Of a stretch of 64,000 nt of DNA, positions 48,580-57,960 are shown one piece after another. The translations under genes were made by a program, and so were the position numbers. Below the pieces are notes generated by a model. The model searched no databases and was not told where the DNA came from. It saw only the letters and a list, made by a program, of their open reading frames with translations. The DNA lies in contig JAGCCQ010000050.1 of assembly GCA_017651565.1 (NCBI GenBank), forward strand, positions 1,918-65,917, read 5' to 3'. This DNA comes from Bacilli bacterium (lineage in GTDB: Bacteria > Bacillota_I > Bacilli_A > RFN20 > CAG-826). Every line of letters starts with the position of its first letter. The stretch's first letter is position 1.

Positions 48580-49083
48580 ATGAGATTAAGAGAAGGAATT
48601 GATATAACAAAATCTATGGTAAAAAGTCTTAATGAAGAAGACGAAGTTGCAACTGATAATCAATATATGGAAAAACTTAAAAGTCTTATGGATCAACTTT
48701 CAGAAGAAGGAACTGCTTTAGAGAAAGATGTTTTAGACGATCAGTATGACGAAGTCGATGATTATGAAACACCACAAGATTTTTTAGAGCACCTTTGCGA
48801 TTTACATATTGCAGACGGTAGCGTAACATCTATGATTTATTATGATGATACTCTTGCTTTTTTAGAAAAACACGAAGACGAAATTAATGAATTATTAAGT
48901 GAGTTGTTAAAAGAAGTTGGAGGATCTTTCAAAGATTTATTTGGAGATAATTATGACGATACTGATCCAATGAATATAGGAACTTCAAATAAAAACTTAT
49001 TTGCCTGGTTTGGTTATGAAGAAATAGCCAGAAATCTTGCTTATAAGTTAAACGAACTTGGCGACTTTAACGCAAATATATAG
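48580..49083 (+). CDS. Acidic Ocr-like (DNA-mimic-like) protein with leader
   Basis: Leader ends SLNE|E; very acidic; DGSVTSMIYYDDT...NLFAWFGYEEIA is reminiscent of T7 Ocr YYADI...IYEQL. Confidence 0.5.
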   Translation: MRLREGIDITKSMVKSLNEEDEVATDNQYMEKLKSLMDQLSEEGTALEKDVLDDQYDEVDDYETPQDFLEHLCDLHIADGSVTSMIYYDDTLAFLEKHEDEINELLSELLKEVGGSFKDLFGDNYDDTDPMNIGTSNKNLFAWFGYEEIARNLAYKLNELGDFNANI

Positions 49084-49092
49084 GAGGTAAAA

Positions 49093-51333
49093 ATGAAAAA
49101 AGATAGATTATCAGAGAGTATTTTAAGTAATATTAAAGATGGTGGTGGTAACTTTCCAAAAAGAAAACCACTTAAAGAGTCAAAAGAGTCAGTAGTATCA
49201 AAGAAGAAATTAAAAGAAGGTAATTTCGTAATGGTTGATACACCAGATGGACCTATCTTTACTATGGCTGATGTTGTAAATAAATGGAATAATACAAGAC
49301 CAGAAGATAAAAAGTTAAAAGCAAAATCTGTTAAACCAGAGGATGTTCTTGGAAAGAAGTCTAAAAAAGACGGAAAGAAATTAAAGGAAAGTGCTGATAC
49401 AGTTGAAAAAGTAATCGCAGAGGTTAATAACTTAAATAATAGCAACTTAACTAGAGGTAAATTAAAAAAAGCACTTGCCGATTTAGTTGGAGATGATTTT
49501 AATTGGTATAGAGTAGATCCAAATGATGACTATGAGTTTTCAGGATATTTTACTATAAACGATGAAGACTATGAGTTTTGTGTTAACTTTGCTGACGAGG
49601 TTTATGCCGAGTTTCGTAACGCTGATGGGGATATTCTAAATGAGTCTTGTAAAGGTAAAAAACCTAAAAAGACGATAAAAGAAGGCATTAAAGATGACGC
49701 TAAAAGTTTTATAAAGGCTAACGGTTTAGAAAGAGATTTAAAAACAAAAAGTCCAAGCGACTTTATGAAATCTGTAGATAAAATGTTTGCAGATAATAAT
49801 TTATGTACTTGGTGTGGAAAAAAGATAGTTGGAAAAGTTTGTAAAGATAAACACGGAAACCCTACTTGTGAAAAATGCTATAAAGAACTAAATGAGTCAT
49901 ATAAAGGAAAGAAATTAAAAGAGTCTGGTTTTAATTTATCTATACAAGGTACTTCAATTAAACCTTGTAATTGGTATTTAGAAAGAAAGTCAGAGTTTGA
50001 CTCTTTATACTGTATGGCAATAGGTAGTGATAATTTAGATTATATTAAAGAAAAGTTAGACGTTTTTTATAATATGGCTAAAGATAGTATACTAGATCCA
50101 GAACATCTTGGTTATGTTAATATGGCTGAAGGTTATAAAGGTAAAAGAAGTAAATTAAAAGAAAGTAGTGCAAACAGAAGAAATAACTTTGCTAGTTATG
50201 TAAATAATGTTTGTAACTTCTTAAACAACTTAAGCCCTGAATTAAGTGAGGACCAAGCTGCCGAGTTAGTACATCAAGCTGCCTTTGTATACAACGATGA
50301 AGATTTAGAATTATACGAGTGTCATCATAGACTTACAGACGATATAATGAGTGAGTTGAATATTTCTGTTGAAACAGACGATGGAGATCGTATGCTTAAA
50401 ACTTTACAAAGAGCAGTAGGTTATGATATTGACCTTGTTAATGAAAGTTGCAGAAGTAAGATGAGAAAAAAATTAAAAGAGTCAGATGATTTCGATATAC
50501 CTAATATGACAGATGACGAATTATTTAGGTTGTTTTGGGAAATTAAAGATGATTTTGAGACAGGACAGTGGAGTTCTATGGATGAATTGCTCCCTGCTAT
50601 TGAGGAAGAACTTGAAAAAAGAGATTTAGAGCCTATATATAGTGACGAATATGACGCTTCTGTTGAGTTTGATGACGGCATTATCGAATCTTGTAAGGGT
50701 AGAAAGAAAAAATCAATTAAAGAGAGTGCTGAAGAAGTAAAGGCTTTTTGGGATAAAGTTGGTAATAAAGAAATAAAAATTGGCGATAGTATTCCAATGG
50801 ATAATAGCATAGGTAGTCAAGCAGAAATATTGGATCTTGGTGGAAGTTATTGGGACTATATTTTAGTTAAAGTAAATCACAAAAACGGAGATTATGAATA
50901 TGTAGCTGCCTGGGCTCCAGGACTATATAATGATAAATTAGTTTGGGGACAAGGACATTATTTTGATACTGATTTAGACTCTGCTAGAAACTATTTTAAA
51001 AATAAAGTTGGTAGAGGTACAGTTTATACTGAAGCCTGTAAAGGTAGAAAGAAAAAATTAAAAGAAGATATAATAAAAGTTGGTGGCGTTGATCGTAACT
51101 ATCGTGATGATATTGAAAGAGGAATTATGAACGAGATAAGATATGTTATTGATTCTGTTTTAGATTCTTTAGGTTCTGATGTAAGTGAAGAGAAACGCAA
51201 AAAACTAGAGGCTTTAACAGATGAAGATCTTTATAACATAGCGTCATCCGTATTATATGACAATCAATTCAATGTTGATTTAAGAAATGCTATCCAATAT
51301 TATTTAGAACGATATATTAAAACATCTAGATAG
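49093..51333 (+). CDS. Multi-module polyprotein with repeated basic double-cut linkers
   Basis: Leader MKKDRLSESILSNIK; six E-[SGA]-[CY]-[KR]-[GS]-[KR]...[LI]KE linkers; modules include a CxxC zinc finger and a WGQGHYF domain. Confidence 0.75.
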   Translation: MKKDRLSESILSNIKDGGGNFPKRKPLKESKESVVSKKKLKEGNFVMVDTPDGPIFTMADVVNKWNNTRPEDKKLKAKSVKPEDVLGKKSKKDGKKLKESADTVEKVIAEVNNLNNSNLTRGKLKKALADLVGDDFNWYRVDPNDDYEFSGYFTINDEDYEFCVNFADEVYAEFRNADGDILNESCKGKKPKKTIKEGIKDDAKSFIKANGLERDLKTKSPSDFMKSVDKMFADNNLCTWCGKKIVGKVCKDKHGNPTCEKCYKELNESYKGKKLKESGFNLSIQGTSIKPCNWYLERKSEFDSLYCMAIGSDNLDYIKEKLDVFYNMAKDSILDPEHLGYVNMAEGYKGKRSKLKESSANRRNNFASYVNNVCNFLNNLSPELSEDQAAELVHQAAFVYNDEDLELYECHHRLTDDIMSELNISVETDDGDRMLKTLQRAVGYDIDLVNESCRSKMRKKLKESDDFDIPNMTDDELFRLFWEIKDDFETGQWSSMDELLPAIEEELEKRDLEPIYSDEYDASVEFDDGIIESCKGRKKKSIKESAEEVKAFWDKVGNKEIKIGDSIPMDNSIGSQAEILDLGGSYWDYILVKVNHKNGDYEYVAAWAPGLYNDKLVWGQGHYFDTDLDSARNYFKNKVGRGTVYTEACKGRKKKLKEDIIKVGGVDRNYRDDIERGIMNEIRYVIDSVLDSLGSDVSEEKRKKLEALTDEDLYNIASSVLYDNQFNVDLRNAIQYYLERYIKTSR

Positions 51334-51345
51334 ATTATAAAATAT

Positions 51346-51366
51346 AAAAGGACGAAAGTCCTTTTT
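51346..51366 (+). terminator. Intrinsic terminator
   Basis: AAAAGGAC-GAAA-GTCCTTTT. Confidence 0.8.
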
Positions 51367-51385
51367 GTTTTGCATTTATGCGAGG

Positions 51386-51401
51386 TTTTTATATATAAAT
51401 A
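51386..51401 (+). promoter_or_regulatory. Phage promoter class B (late-type)
   Basis: TTTTTATATATAAATA (contains the T4 late consensus TATAAATA) just before AGGAGG. Confidence 0.6.
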
Positions 51402-51413
51402 TAGGAGGACTTT

Positions 51414-52862
51414 ATGACGAAGAAACAAGCAGAGAAAAAATATAAAGAGTATCTTGAAGGTCATATAGGAAATGTTAGTAAAGCCCTTGAACTCCTATAT
51501 AGTCTTGAGATACCCTATGTTGTTAAAAATATAGATAAGTTAAGAAGTATTGTAAAAGAGCACGATAAGTCCAAATATGATGAGCCAGAGTGGTCTGCTT
51601 ATCTTCATCATTTTTATCCTACTAAAAAGGAAGAGGAAATGATGGGAGAAGAGTTTGATGTTGCTGTTAAGCACCACATTAAAAATAATAAACATCATTG
51701 GGACTTCTGGTGTGACGAAAAGGGTAAGTTACAAAAAAATATAGATAGGGAAGATTATAAACTATACTGTATTGAAAGAATATGTGATTGGTTAAGTATG
51801 GCAGGACAAAATGATGAAAGTCCAGACGGTTACTATAATGCTAATAAAGATTTTATAAAGCAACCAAAATATGCTAGAAAGATGTGTGATGAGATCTTTG
51901 CTATTATCCCAAAAGACTATGCTAAAGATATGTGGAAGGGAAATAGAGGTAAACTTGATGAAGATATATATCTAAATAGAAAAGTAGTAGATAAACTTGG
52001 TAAAAGAGTTAAGAAGAGTAAAACATCTAATACCATAGAGATTGATACACAGATGACTAATCACGATAAACAATTAAAAGAGATGAAGTTATCACAGATT
52101 AAAAATGACTCAAAGAGACAAGATCCAGAAAGAATTAGCAGATCAAAAAATGTTAAGTCAACTTATCTGGGTATGAGTAAGTTTGGTATCTTAAACTTTA
52201 AGACAACTTCAGAGTCAAGAAATGGTTATCATTATCAAACAATAGAGTTTAAAGATTTAAGACCTTTTGAAGATATAATTAAGAGTGGAAAAGATATAAC
52301 ACCACAAGATGTTAAGAAACAGTTACAAGATCAAGATATGAATATCTGGTGTACTGACGAGAGTTTTTCTTATTGGGCTTGGGGACATAAAGCATATAAA
52401 CACGATTTCTTATACATTGATGAAAGAATACCAGACTTAAAGAAAAGAATACAGGCACCAACAGTTAATAATGTTGATCTAAATGGGGGCTCTTGTAAGC
52501 ATATATTATCTGTGATAGACTATGTTACGAAACCATTTGTATTATTGGCTATCGCTGACGATATAAATGAGTACTTAAAAGGTAATGAAGAAGTAAGTCC
52601 TAAATATAAGAAACAAGATGTTGCAGTGCAGAACCAATACGATCAAGTTGCAGAGTGGGATTGGTCTGATATTGAAGATTATACAGGTTTAAGTAAGGCA
52701 CAAATATTAAGAGACTTATCAAAAACAATACAAGTTGTACCTAGTATAGATAAGGGGGATGTACTAACTGATTTAGTTGGAGAGGCGTTACCTCAAGAGT
52801 CACAGGGTTTAAAAAGGGAGATAGTTAATAGAGCAGAGGAGTTACTAGCACAAGATAAATAG
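51414..52862 (+). CDS. HD-domain (DUF5662-like) protein fused to a SWIM-like domain
   Basis: H...HDKSKYDEPE...HH...NKHH...ERICDW in the N-half; WCTDESFSYW...CKHI in the C-half. Confidence 0.7.
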   Translation: MTKKQAEKKYKEYLEGHIGNVSKALELLYSLEIPYVVKNIDKLRSIVKEHDKSKYDEPEWSAYLHHFYPTKKEEEMMGEEFDVAVKHHIKNNKHHWDFWCDEKGKLQKNIDREDYKLYCIERICDWLSMAGQNDESPDGYYNANKDFIKQPKYARKMCDEIFAIIPKDYAKDMWKGNRGKLDEDIYLNRKVVDKLGKRVKKSKTSNTIEIDTQMTNHDKQLKEMKLSQIKNDSKRQDPERISRSKNVKSTYLGMSKFGILNFKTTSESRNGYHYQTIEFKDLRPFEDIIKSGKDITPQDVKKQLQDQDMNIWCTDESFSYWAWGHKAYKHDFLYIDERIPDLKKRIQAPTVNNVDLNGGSCKHILSVIDYVTKPFVLLAIADDINEYLKGNEEVSPKYKKQDVAVQNQYDQVAEWDWSDIEDYTGLSKAQILRDLSKTIQVVPSIDKGDVLTDLVGEALPQESQGLKREIVNRAEELLAQDK

Positions 52863-52881
52863 TAAGAGGAGATTTTATAGT

Positions 52882-53928
52882 ATGGTAGATGTTATTATTC
52901 CTGCATATAATAGTCAGGATACAATTATTAGAACATTAAGCAGTATTGCTATGCAATTAGATAGGGAAAACATTATGGTTACGATTGTTAACGATGGTGG
53001 AGAACCTTATACAGATATAATAAAAATATTTGAACCTATTTTAAAAATAAAAGAAATAGGTTATAAAGAAAACAAAGGACCAGGTTATGCAAGACAGTAT
53101 GGTATTGATAATACTAATAATGATTACATAATCTTTATAGACGCAGACGATACATTTTTAGAGGCTTGTTCTGTCTGGCTTCTAACAAATGCGATAAAAG
53201 AGTCAAATGCGAAATTAGTTATTAGTCCGTTCGTCCAAATAGGTAAGCACTGCGAACAAAGTGTTATCCCTGCTAACCTAACTTGGATATTCGGACATAT
53301 TTATCAAAGAAACTTTTTAACAAAACATAATATAAGATTTACACCAACAAGATCAAATGAAGATGTTGGGTTTAATACAATGGTATATAATATAGCATTT
53401 CATTATTTTGGAGATAATGGTGGTAAACTTTTAACCACTCCAACTTATGAGTGGCATTATAACGAAGCCTCTATTACAAGAAGAGGTAAAGATGAGTATG
53501 AGTATGGTATCTGTACTCCAGGTTATATTTATAACTTACATAATGCTTTCGATGTTTGTATTAGAGAAGGTGTTACATTAAAAGAAATAGCAAAAGCTGT
53601 TCTTGAGTCATTATTTAGTTGTTTTGTTTACTATAATGTTGCTCTTGCTAAAGAAGTACCAGCACAAACATTATGGTCTATAGAAGAATTAAGCCGTAAG
53701 TTTTACTATGATTATTATAATCAAGTACAAGACTTTATATCAAAAGACGAGTATAAAGAGATCTATACTCAAGCGTATAATAGTAAAGGAGCACACTTAC
53801 AAGGAATAATACCTAAAATGACTTTAGAAGGGTTTATTGAATTAATGTTTAGTAAAGAAGTTAATGAAAAAGATTACGCACAATTTGAAAAAGAAGTACA
53901 AAGTGTAGCAGAAGAAGAAAGAAATTAA
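52882..53928 (+). CDS. Glycosyltransferase family 2
   Basis: VDVIIPAYNS, IVNDG, GPGYARQYG, FIDADD, NEDVGFN. Confidence 0.9.
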   Translation: MVDVIIPAYNSQDTIIRTLSSIAMQLDRENIMVTIVNDGGEPYTDIIKIFEPILKIKEIGYKENKGPGYARQYGIDNTNNDYIIFIDADDTFLEACSVWLLTNAIKESNAKLVISPFVQIGKHCEQSVIPANLTWIFGHIYQRNFLTKHNIRFTPTRSNEDVGFNTMVYNIAFHYFGDNGGKLLTTPTYEWHYNEASITRRGKDEYEYGICTPGYIYNLHNAFDVCIREGVTLKEIAKAVLESLFSCFVYYNVALAKEVPAQTLWSIEELSRKFYYDYYNQVQDFISKDEYKEIYTQAYNSKGAHLQGIIPKMTLEGFIELMFSKEVNEKDYAQFEKEVQSVAEEERN

Positions 53929-53949
53929 TTAAGAGAGGAGTTGAAAGTT

Positions 53950-54492
53950 ATGAGATTAAACAACGAGATACTTTCAAGTCTTAAAAAAGAAAAATTAAGA
54001 GAGTCAATGTGGAAAAAATCTTTTGGTAAGAAACAAAAGTTTATTGACGATAAGCCACAACAACAAATACAAGAGGACTTAATACCTCTTTTAAATGCTT
54101 ATGGTATTAAAATGATAGCAAAGCCATATATTAATAGACCACAACAACAAACATATATTGGGTTTGATAATAATAACAATAGAATACATCTAACTTTCTC
54201 TATAAGTCCTAGAGTTGTTGACGATAACTTTGGTAATATTGCTGTTAGTATTCGTTATAAAGGTAAGGATGAAGATTTAGGAACTATTGATATAAGTACA
54301 CCACAGGGACTTGACGAAACTTTCTCTTTAATAACAAGTGCTCTAGAATATTTAGGACTTGATATTGAGGGTAATGGTAAGGAAGAGGAAAAGCCTAAAG
54401 AAGAGAACGATCCAGATGTAGACGAATTAATTAAGTTTAAGAGTAGTTTAAAAGAAAGTGAACTTAAAGAATTGGAGGTAGTCTATGAGTAG
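53950..54492 (+). CDS. Putative internal head protein with leader
   Basis: MRLNNEILSSLKKEKLRE|S; C-terminal LKESELKE. Confidence 0.6.
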   Translation: MRLNNEILSSLKKEKLRESMWKKSFGKKQKFIDDKPQQQIQEDLIPLLNAYGIKMIAKPYINRPQQQTYIGFDNNNNRIHLTFSISPRVVDDNFGNIAVSIRYKGKDEDLGTIDISTPQGLDETFSLITSALEYLGLDIEGNGKEEEKPKEENDPDVDELIKFKSSLKESELKELEVVYE

Positions 54493-56023
54493 AAATATTT
54501 ATTATAAGATATTAGAAGCTAATAGTGCTATTGCCAACAAAGTTGCTGGAGAAGTTAGAACTAAATATAAAAATAAGGAGACAGGGGAGTTAACAAAGTC
54601 TATAGAAGATGTTAGAAGAGAATACCCCTATTATGATATAGAAGATGTTGATCTTGGTTATAATATGGCGAAAGAGGAAACAGAAAAGGAACAAGAACAA
54701 AAACAAAAGGAAACACCAAGTAAGGACGAGTTAACACAAGAACAAATAGATACAGGAAATAAGATAGTAGAAATCTTGGCTAGTTATGGAATTAAAGCAG
54801 AGTTTATCACTGCTAAAAAAGGTCCTAATGTAACTCAATATTCTTTTAGTCTTGCAGGTGGAACAAGAATAAATGATGTTAAAAGACTAGATAAAGAAAT
54901 TGCTATGGGACTTGCTGTTAAGAGTGTATCTGTAGAACAAGTAGAAGGAACTTCATATATAGGAATACAAGTACCAAACGAGCAAATAAATAATGTATCT
55001 TTAGACGAGGTTTTAAATAACACTAAAAAAGAAGGTTTATCTTTTGGGTTAGGTGTTAACTTAAAAGGAGAGCCTGTTAGTGCTGATATTCTAAAACTTC
55101 AGCATATACTTATTGGTGGATCAACAGGATCAGGTAAATCTTCTTGTATAAACTCTATAATATGCTCTTTAATTAAAGAATATAGTCCAGAGCAAGTTAA
55201 GTTAGTTTTAATAGATCCTAAAAGGGTTGAATTGGCTCCATATTCAAACATTTCTCACTTATTAATGCCAATTATAACTGACTCACAAAAAGCGTCAGAA
55301 ACGCTTAAAAACTTAATTTCAGAGATGGATAAAAGGTATAGTACTTTTGAAAAAGTTGGAGTTAAGAATATTGAAAGTTATAATAACCTAGTGACAAAGG
55401 CAAAAGAGTCTGGTAAGAATATTAAACTAATGCCTTATATAGTTGTTGTTATAGATGAGTTGGCTGACTTAATGCAAACAACAGGAAAAGAAGTTGAGTC
55501 ATCAATTCAAAGACTTACACAACTAGCAAGAGCCTCTGGTATCCACTTAATAGTAGCAACGCAAAGACCTTCAGTAGATGTTGTTACGGGTGTTATAAAA
55601 TCTAATTTAGTAAGTAGAATAGCTTTTACAACATCATCTGGTGTTGATAGTAAAACAATTATAGATAAACAAGGTGCAGAAAAACTTTTAGGTAAAGGCG
55701 ATATGCTTTATAGACCTGTTGGATCAAGTAATGCTTCTAGATTACAAGGTGTTTATGTACCTGATGATGAGGTTGAGGATATTGTAAGAGAAGTTAAAAA
55801 TAAATACCCAACACAGAATAGTGGTACTGAAGAGACAGTACAAAAAACTGATATAAAAGATAATATTGATAATTATATAGATAGTGCCGTACAGTTGGCA
55901 AATAAGTATGGAAAAGTATCCCCTGCTATATTACAAATAGGGTTACATATACCTTATAGTAAAGCAGTGGCTATTATAAATAAAATGATAGAAAAAGGAA
56001 TAATTAAAAATAAGGAGGAATAG
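54485..56023 (+). CDS. ftsK: FtsK/SpoIIIE-family DNA translocase (soluble, with alpha, beta and gamma domains)
   Basis: GPNVTQY, HILIGGSTGSGKS, IDPKRVEL, VVIDELADLM, ATQRPSVDVVTG, GAEKLLGKGDML; C-terminal winged helix; no TM segments. Confidence 0.92.
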   Translation: MSRNIYYKILEANSAIANKVAGEVRTKYKNKETGELTKSIEDVRREYPYYDIEDVDLGYNMAKEETEKEQEQKQKETPSKDELTQEQIDTGNKIVEILASYGIKAEFITAKKGPNVTQYSFSLAGGTRINDVKRLDKEIAMGLAVKSVSVEQVEGTSYIGIQVPNEQINNVSLDEVLNNTKKEGLSFGLGVNLKGEPVSADILKLQHILIGGSTGSGKSSCINSIICSLIKEYSPEQVKLVLIDPKRVELAPYSNISHLLMPIITDSQKASETLKNLISEMDKRYSTFEKVGVKNIESYNNLVTKAKESGKNIKLMPYIVVVIDELADLMQTTGKEVESSIQRLTQLARASGIHLIVATQRPSVDVVTGVIKSNLVSRIAFTTSSGVDSKTIIDKQGAEKLLGKGDMLYRPVGSSNASRLQGVYVPDDEVEDIVREVKNKYPTQNSGTEETVQKTDIKDNIDNYIDSAVQLANKYGKVSPAILQIGLHIPYSKAVAIINKMIEKGIIKNKEE

Positions 56024-56024
56024 T

Positions 56025-56558
56025 ATGAAACTTAATGAAAGTATTTTACATAATTTAAAGGAAGGTAGCCCTGTAACAGTTATATGTGGTGGGACAAAGT
56101 TTGAGTTTGATAGTTTAGATAAAGCAAAGTCTTTCTGGTTAAACTGTTACTATAATAGTGAAGGATCAGAGCAAAGTAGATATGAAGATATTTTAATGGA
56201 TCTAAATGACGGAGAAACTTTTGTTACTGACGGATCAACTCCAAAATCTGGTGTTGACCTATACAATAAATACAAGGGTGTTAAGGACTCTGGAAAGTAT
56301 AAAGTAATGGATAGAGAATATACTTTAGGTGGAGATAGTTGGAAAACAGCAGAAGATTATATCACTTTCTTTAATGGATCTGATCTTGCTAGAAGTAAAT
56401 CTACTTGGAAAGAGTTTAGAGACGAAATGGCTAAAGGTGGCTATGACAAGGAGTCTAAATATTTACAAAATAAATTAGAAAAAGATTTTGGTGTTAAACT
56501 TGAGGGAGCAACACCAAGAAGACATAAAGGCGTTAGAAGAAAAAGAGGAGGGTGTTAG
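56025..56558 (+). CDS. Putative internal head protein with leader
   Basis: MKLNESILHNLKE|G; a VTVICGG...SEGSEQSRY module. Confidence 0.65.
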   Translation: MKLNESILHNLKEGSPVTVICGGTKFEFDSLDKAKSFWLNCYYNSEGSEQSRYEDILMDLNDGETFVTDGSTPKSGVDLYNKYKGVKDSGKYKVMDREYTLGGDSWKTAEDYITFFNGSDLARSKSTWKEFRDEMAKGGYDKESKYLQNKLEKDFGVKLEGATPRRHKGVRRKRGGC

Positions 56559-56559
56559 T

Positions 56560-57552
56560 ATGCGAGTACATAACAGAATACTATCACTATTAAAGGAAGA
56601 GTATAGTGATAACTATAAAGAGTTATTATCATCTTTACACAATGTTGCCGAAATGTTTGGCGAAGATATGCTTGATGATGAAGGCGATGTTTTTGGTGGA
56701 ACTGCTGATAGTTATGCTAGTGAAATGTTAGAGCAACATTTATTTGACGCTATTTACTATAATGAGTTATTCTCTGGTCTTGGAGACGAAAAGATTTCAA
56801 ATATATATAATGAGATACTTGACTATCTTTCATCTGGTAAAGTTGTGTCTGAAGAGTGGCTTAAGGGACTTTTAAGTAAGTACGGAATTAATGTTGGTGG
56901 TGTAGAAGAGAAACCAAAGGCAAAACAACCAAGTAAGAAAAGTTATAGACAAAGTGAGTTTAAAAAGTTAGCCATTGATAATCTTGGCTTTGATTATCAA
57001 ATTAAAATAAAATCTCAAGATGGAGAAACTAAATGGCTAGATATAAGCCCTAAAGAATTATCTGGTATAGAAGGTATTTTAGTACATAATTTAAAAGAAG
57101 GAACTATCTATAAATGGGATAGAGATAAGGGTTATGGATATTTTACTTCAAGTGATAATGATAATAAATCAGAAGAACCAAAACATAAGATTAGTAGAAC
57201 AGACTATTCAAACGATGAAGACTTTTTAAGCGAATTAAAACCAGGATATTCTTCTGAAATTGAAAACGATTATGTTATAAGAAATATTGGCGATGGTTTT
57301 CAAATATATTCAATTCATCCTTACGATGAAACAGATTATTCTTTTGCTAAATCTAAAGATGGTATTAATTGGATAGTTGTTGATCCAGAGAAAAGAACTC
57401 TTGATTTACAAACAGTAACAAAACCAGCAACAACTTATGAGATTAAAATCGAGCCATCTAACCCTGCTGTTTATGAAAACGATCTTACAGCAGTTGTTGA
57501 TAAAATGAGAGAGATTGACGCTACTAAAAAGCCAAGAATAGATAGAACATAG
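56560..57552 (+). CDS. Putative internal head polyprotein with leader
   Basis: ATG 56560 after GAGGAGG; MRVHNRILSLLKE|E; internal ILVHNLKE|G. Confidence 0.65.
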   Translation: MRVHNRILSLLKEEYSDNYKELLSSLHNVAEMFGEDMLDDEGDVFGGTADSYASEMLEQHLFDAIYYNELFSGLGDEKISNIYNEILDYLSSGKVVSEEWLKGLLSKYGINVGGVEEKPKAKQPSKKSYRQSEFKKLAIDNLGFDYQIKIKSQDGETKWLDISPKELSGIEGILVHNLKEGTIYKWDRDKGYGYFTSSDNDNKSEEPKHKISRTDYSNDEDFLSELKPGYSSEIENDYVIRNIGDGFQIYSIHPYDETDYSFAKSKDGINWIVVDPEKRTLDLQTVTKPATTYEIKIEPSNPAVYENDLTAVVDKMREIDATKKPRIDRT

Positions 57553-57561
57553 GAGGAAGTT

Positions 57562-57948
57562 ATGAAGTTAGGACAATCAATTTTAAAGAACTTAAACGAG
57601 ATCGAAGTACACACTGTTGATAACGATCCACTTTGGGCTAAAGCTGTTGCTGAAGTTAACGCACAGTGGGAAAAAGAAAAACCAGGGGTAGCAGAAGATA
57701 TTAAAGCAGAATATAAGGAATATTTAAAAACTTTAAAAGAGGCTGGATACACTAAAGAACAGATAGATAAAATGCCAGAGACAAAAGCCTATAAAGACGC
57801 TATAAAAGATCCAGACGATATATGGTGTGAGTGTGGCTATTACTCTGACGATGAAACATATTACAAAGAATACGGAGAGTTTTACCTAGGAGTTGAGTCC
57901 GAAGGATACCTTTGTAAAAAATGTATGAAGTTTACTCAAATTGGGTAA
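57562..57948 (+). CDS. Putative internal head protein with leader and C-terminal zinc ribbon
   Basis: MKLGQSILKNLNE|I; WCECG...LCKKC..TQIG. Confidence 0.65.
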   Translation: MKLGQSILKNLNEIEVHTVDNDPLWAKAVAEVNAQWEKEKPGVAEDIKAEYKEYLKTLKEAGYTKEQIDKMPETKAYKDAIKDPDDIWCECGYYSDDETYYKEYGEFYLGVESEGYLCKKCMKFTQIG

Positions 57949-57960
57949 GGGGAGGTAAGT

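Noticed and set aside
56488-56558. Possible programmed frameshift joining 56025 and 56560
   Set aside because: The downstream gene has its own GAGGAGG RBS, ATG and leader at 56560; no clear slippery site.
913-57752. All minus-strand ORFs in the track (e.g. 913-1149, 11218-11493, 49041-49445, 50421-50810)
   Set aside because: They lie antisense to long + strand genes, lack an RBS, and have the Ser/Leu/Phe-rich composition of shadow frames.
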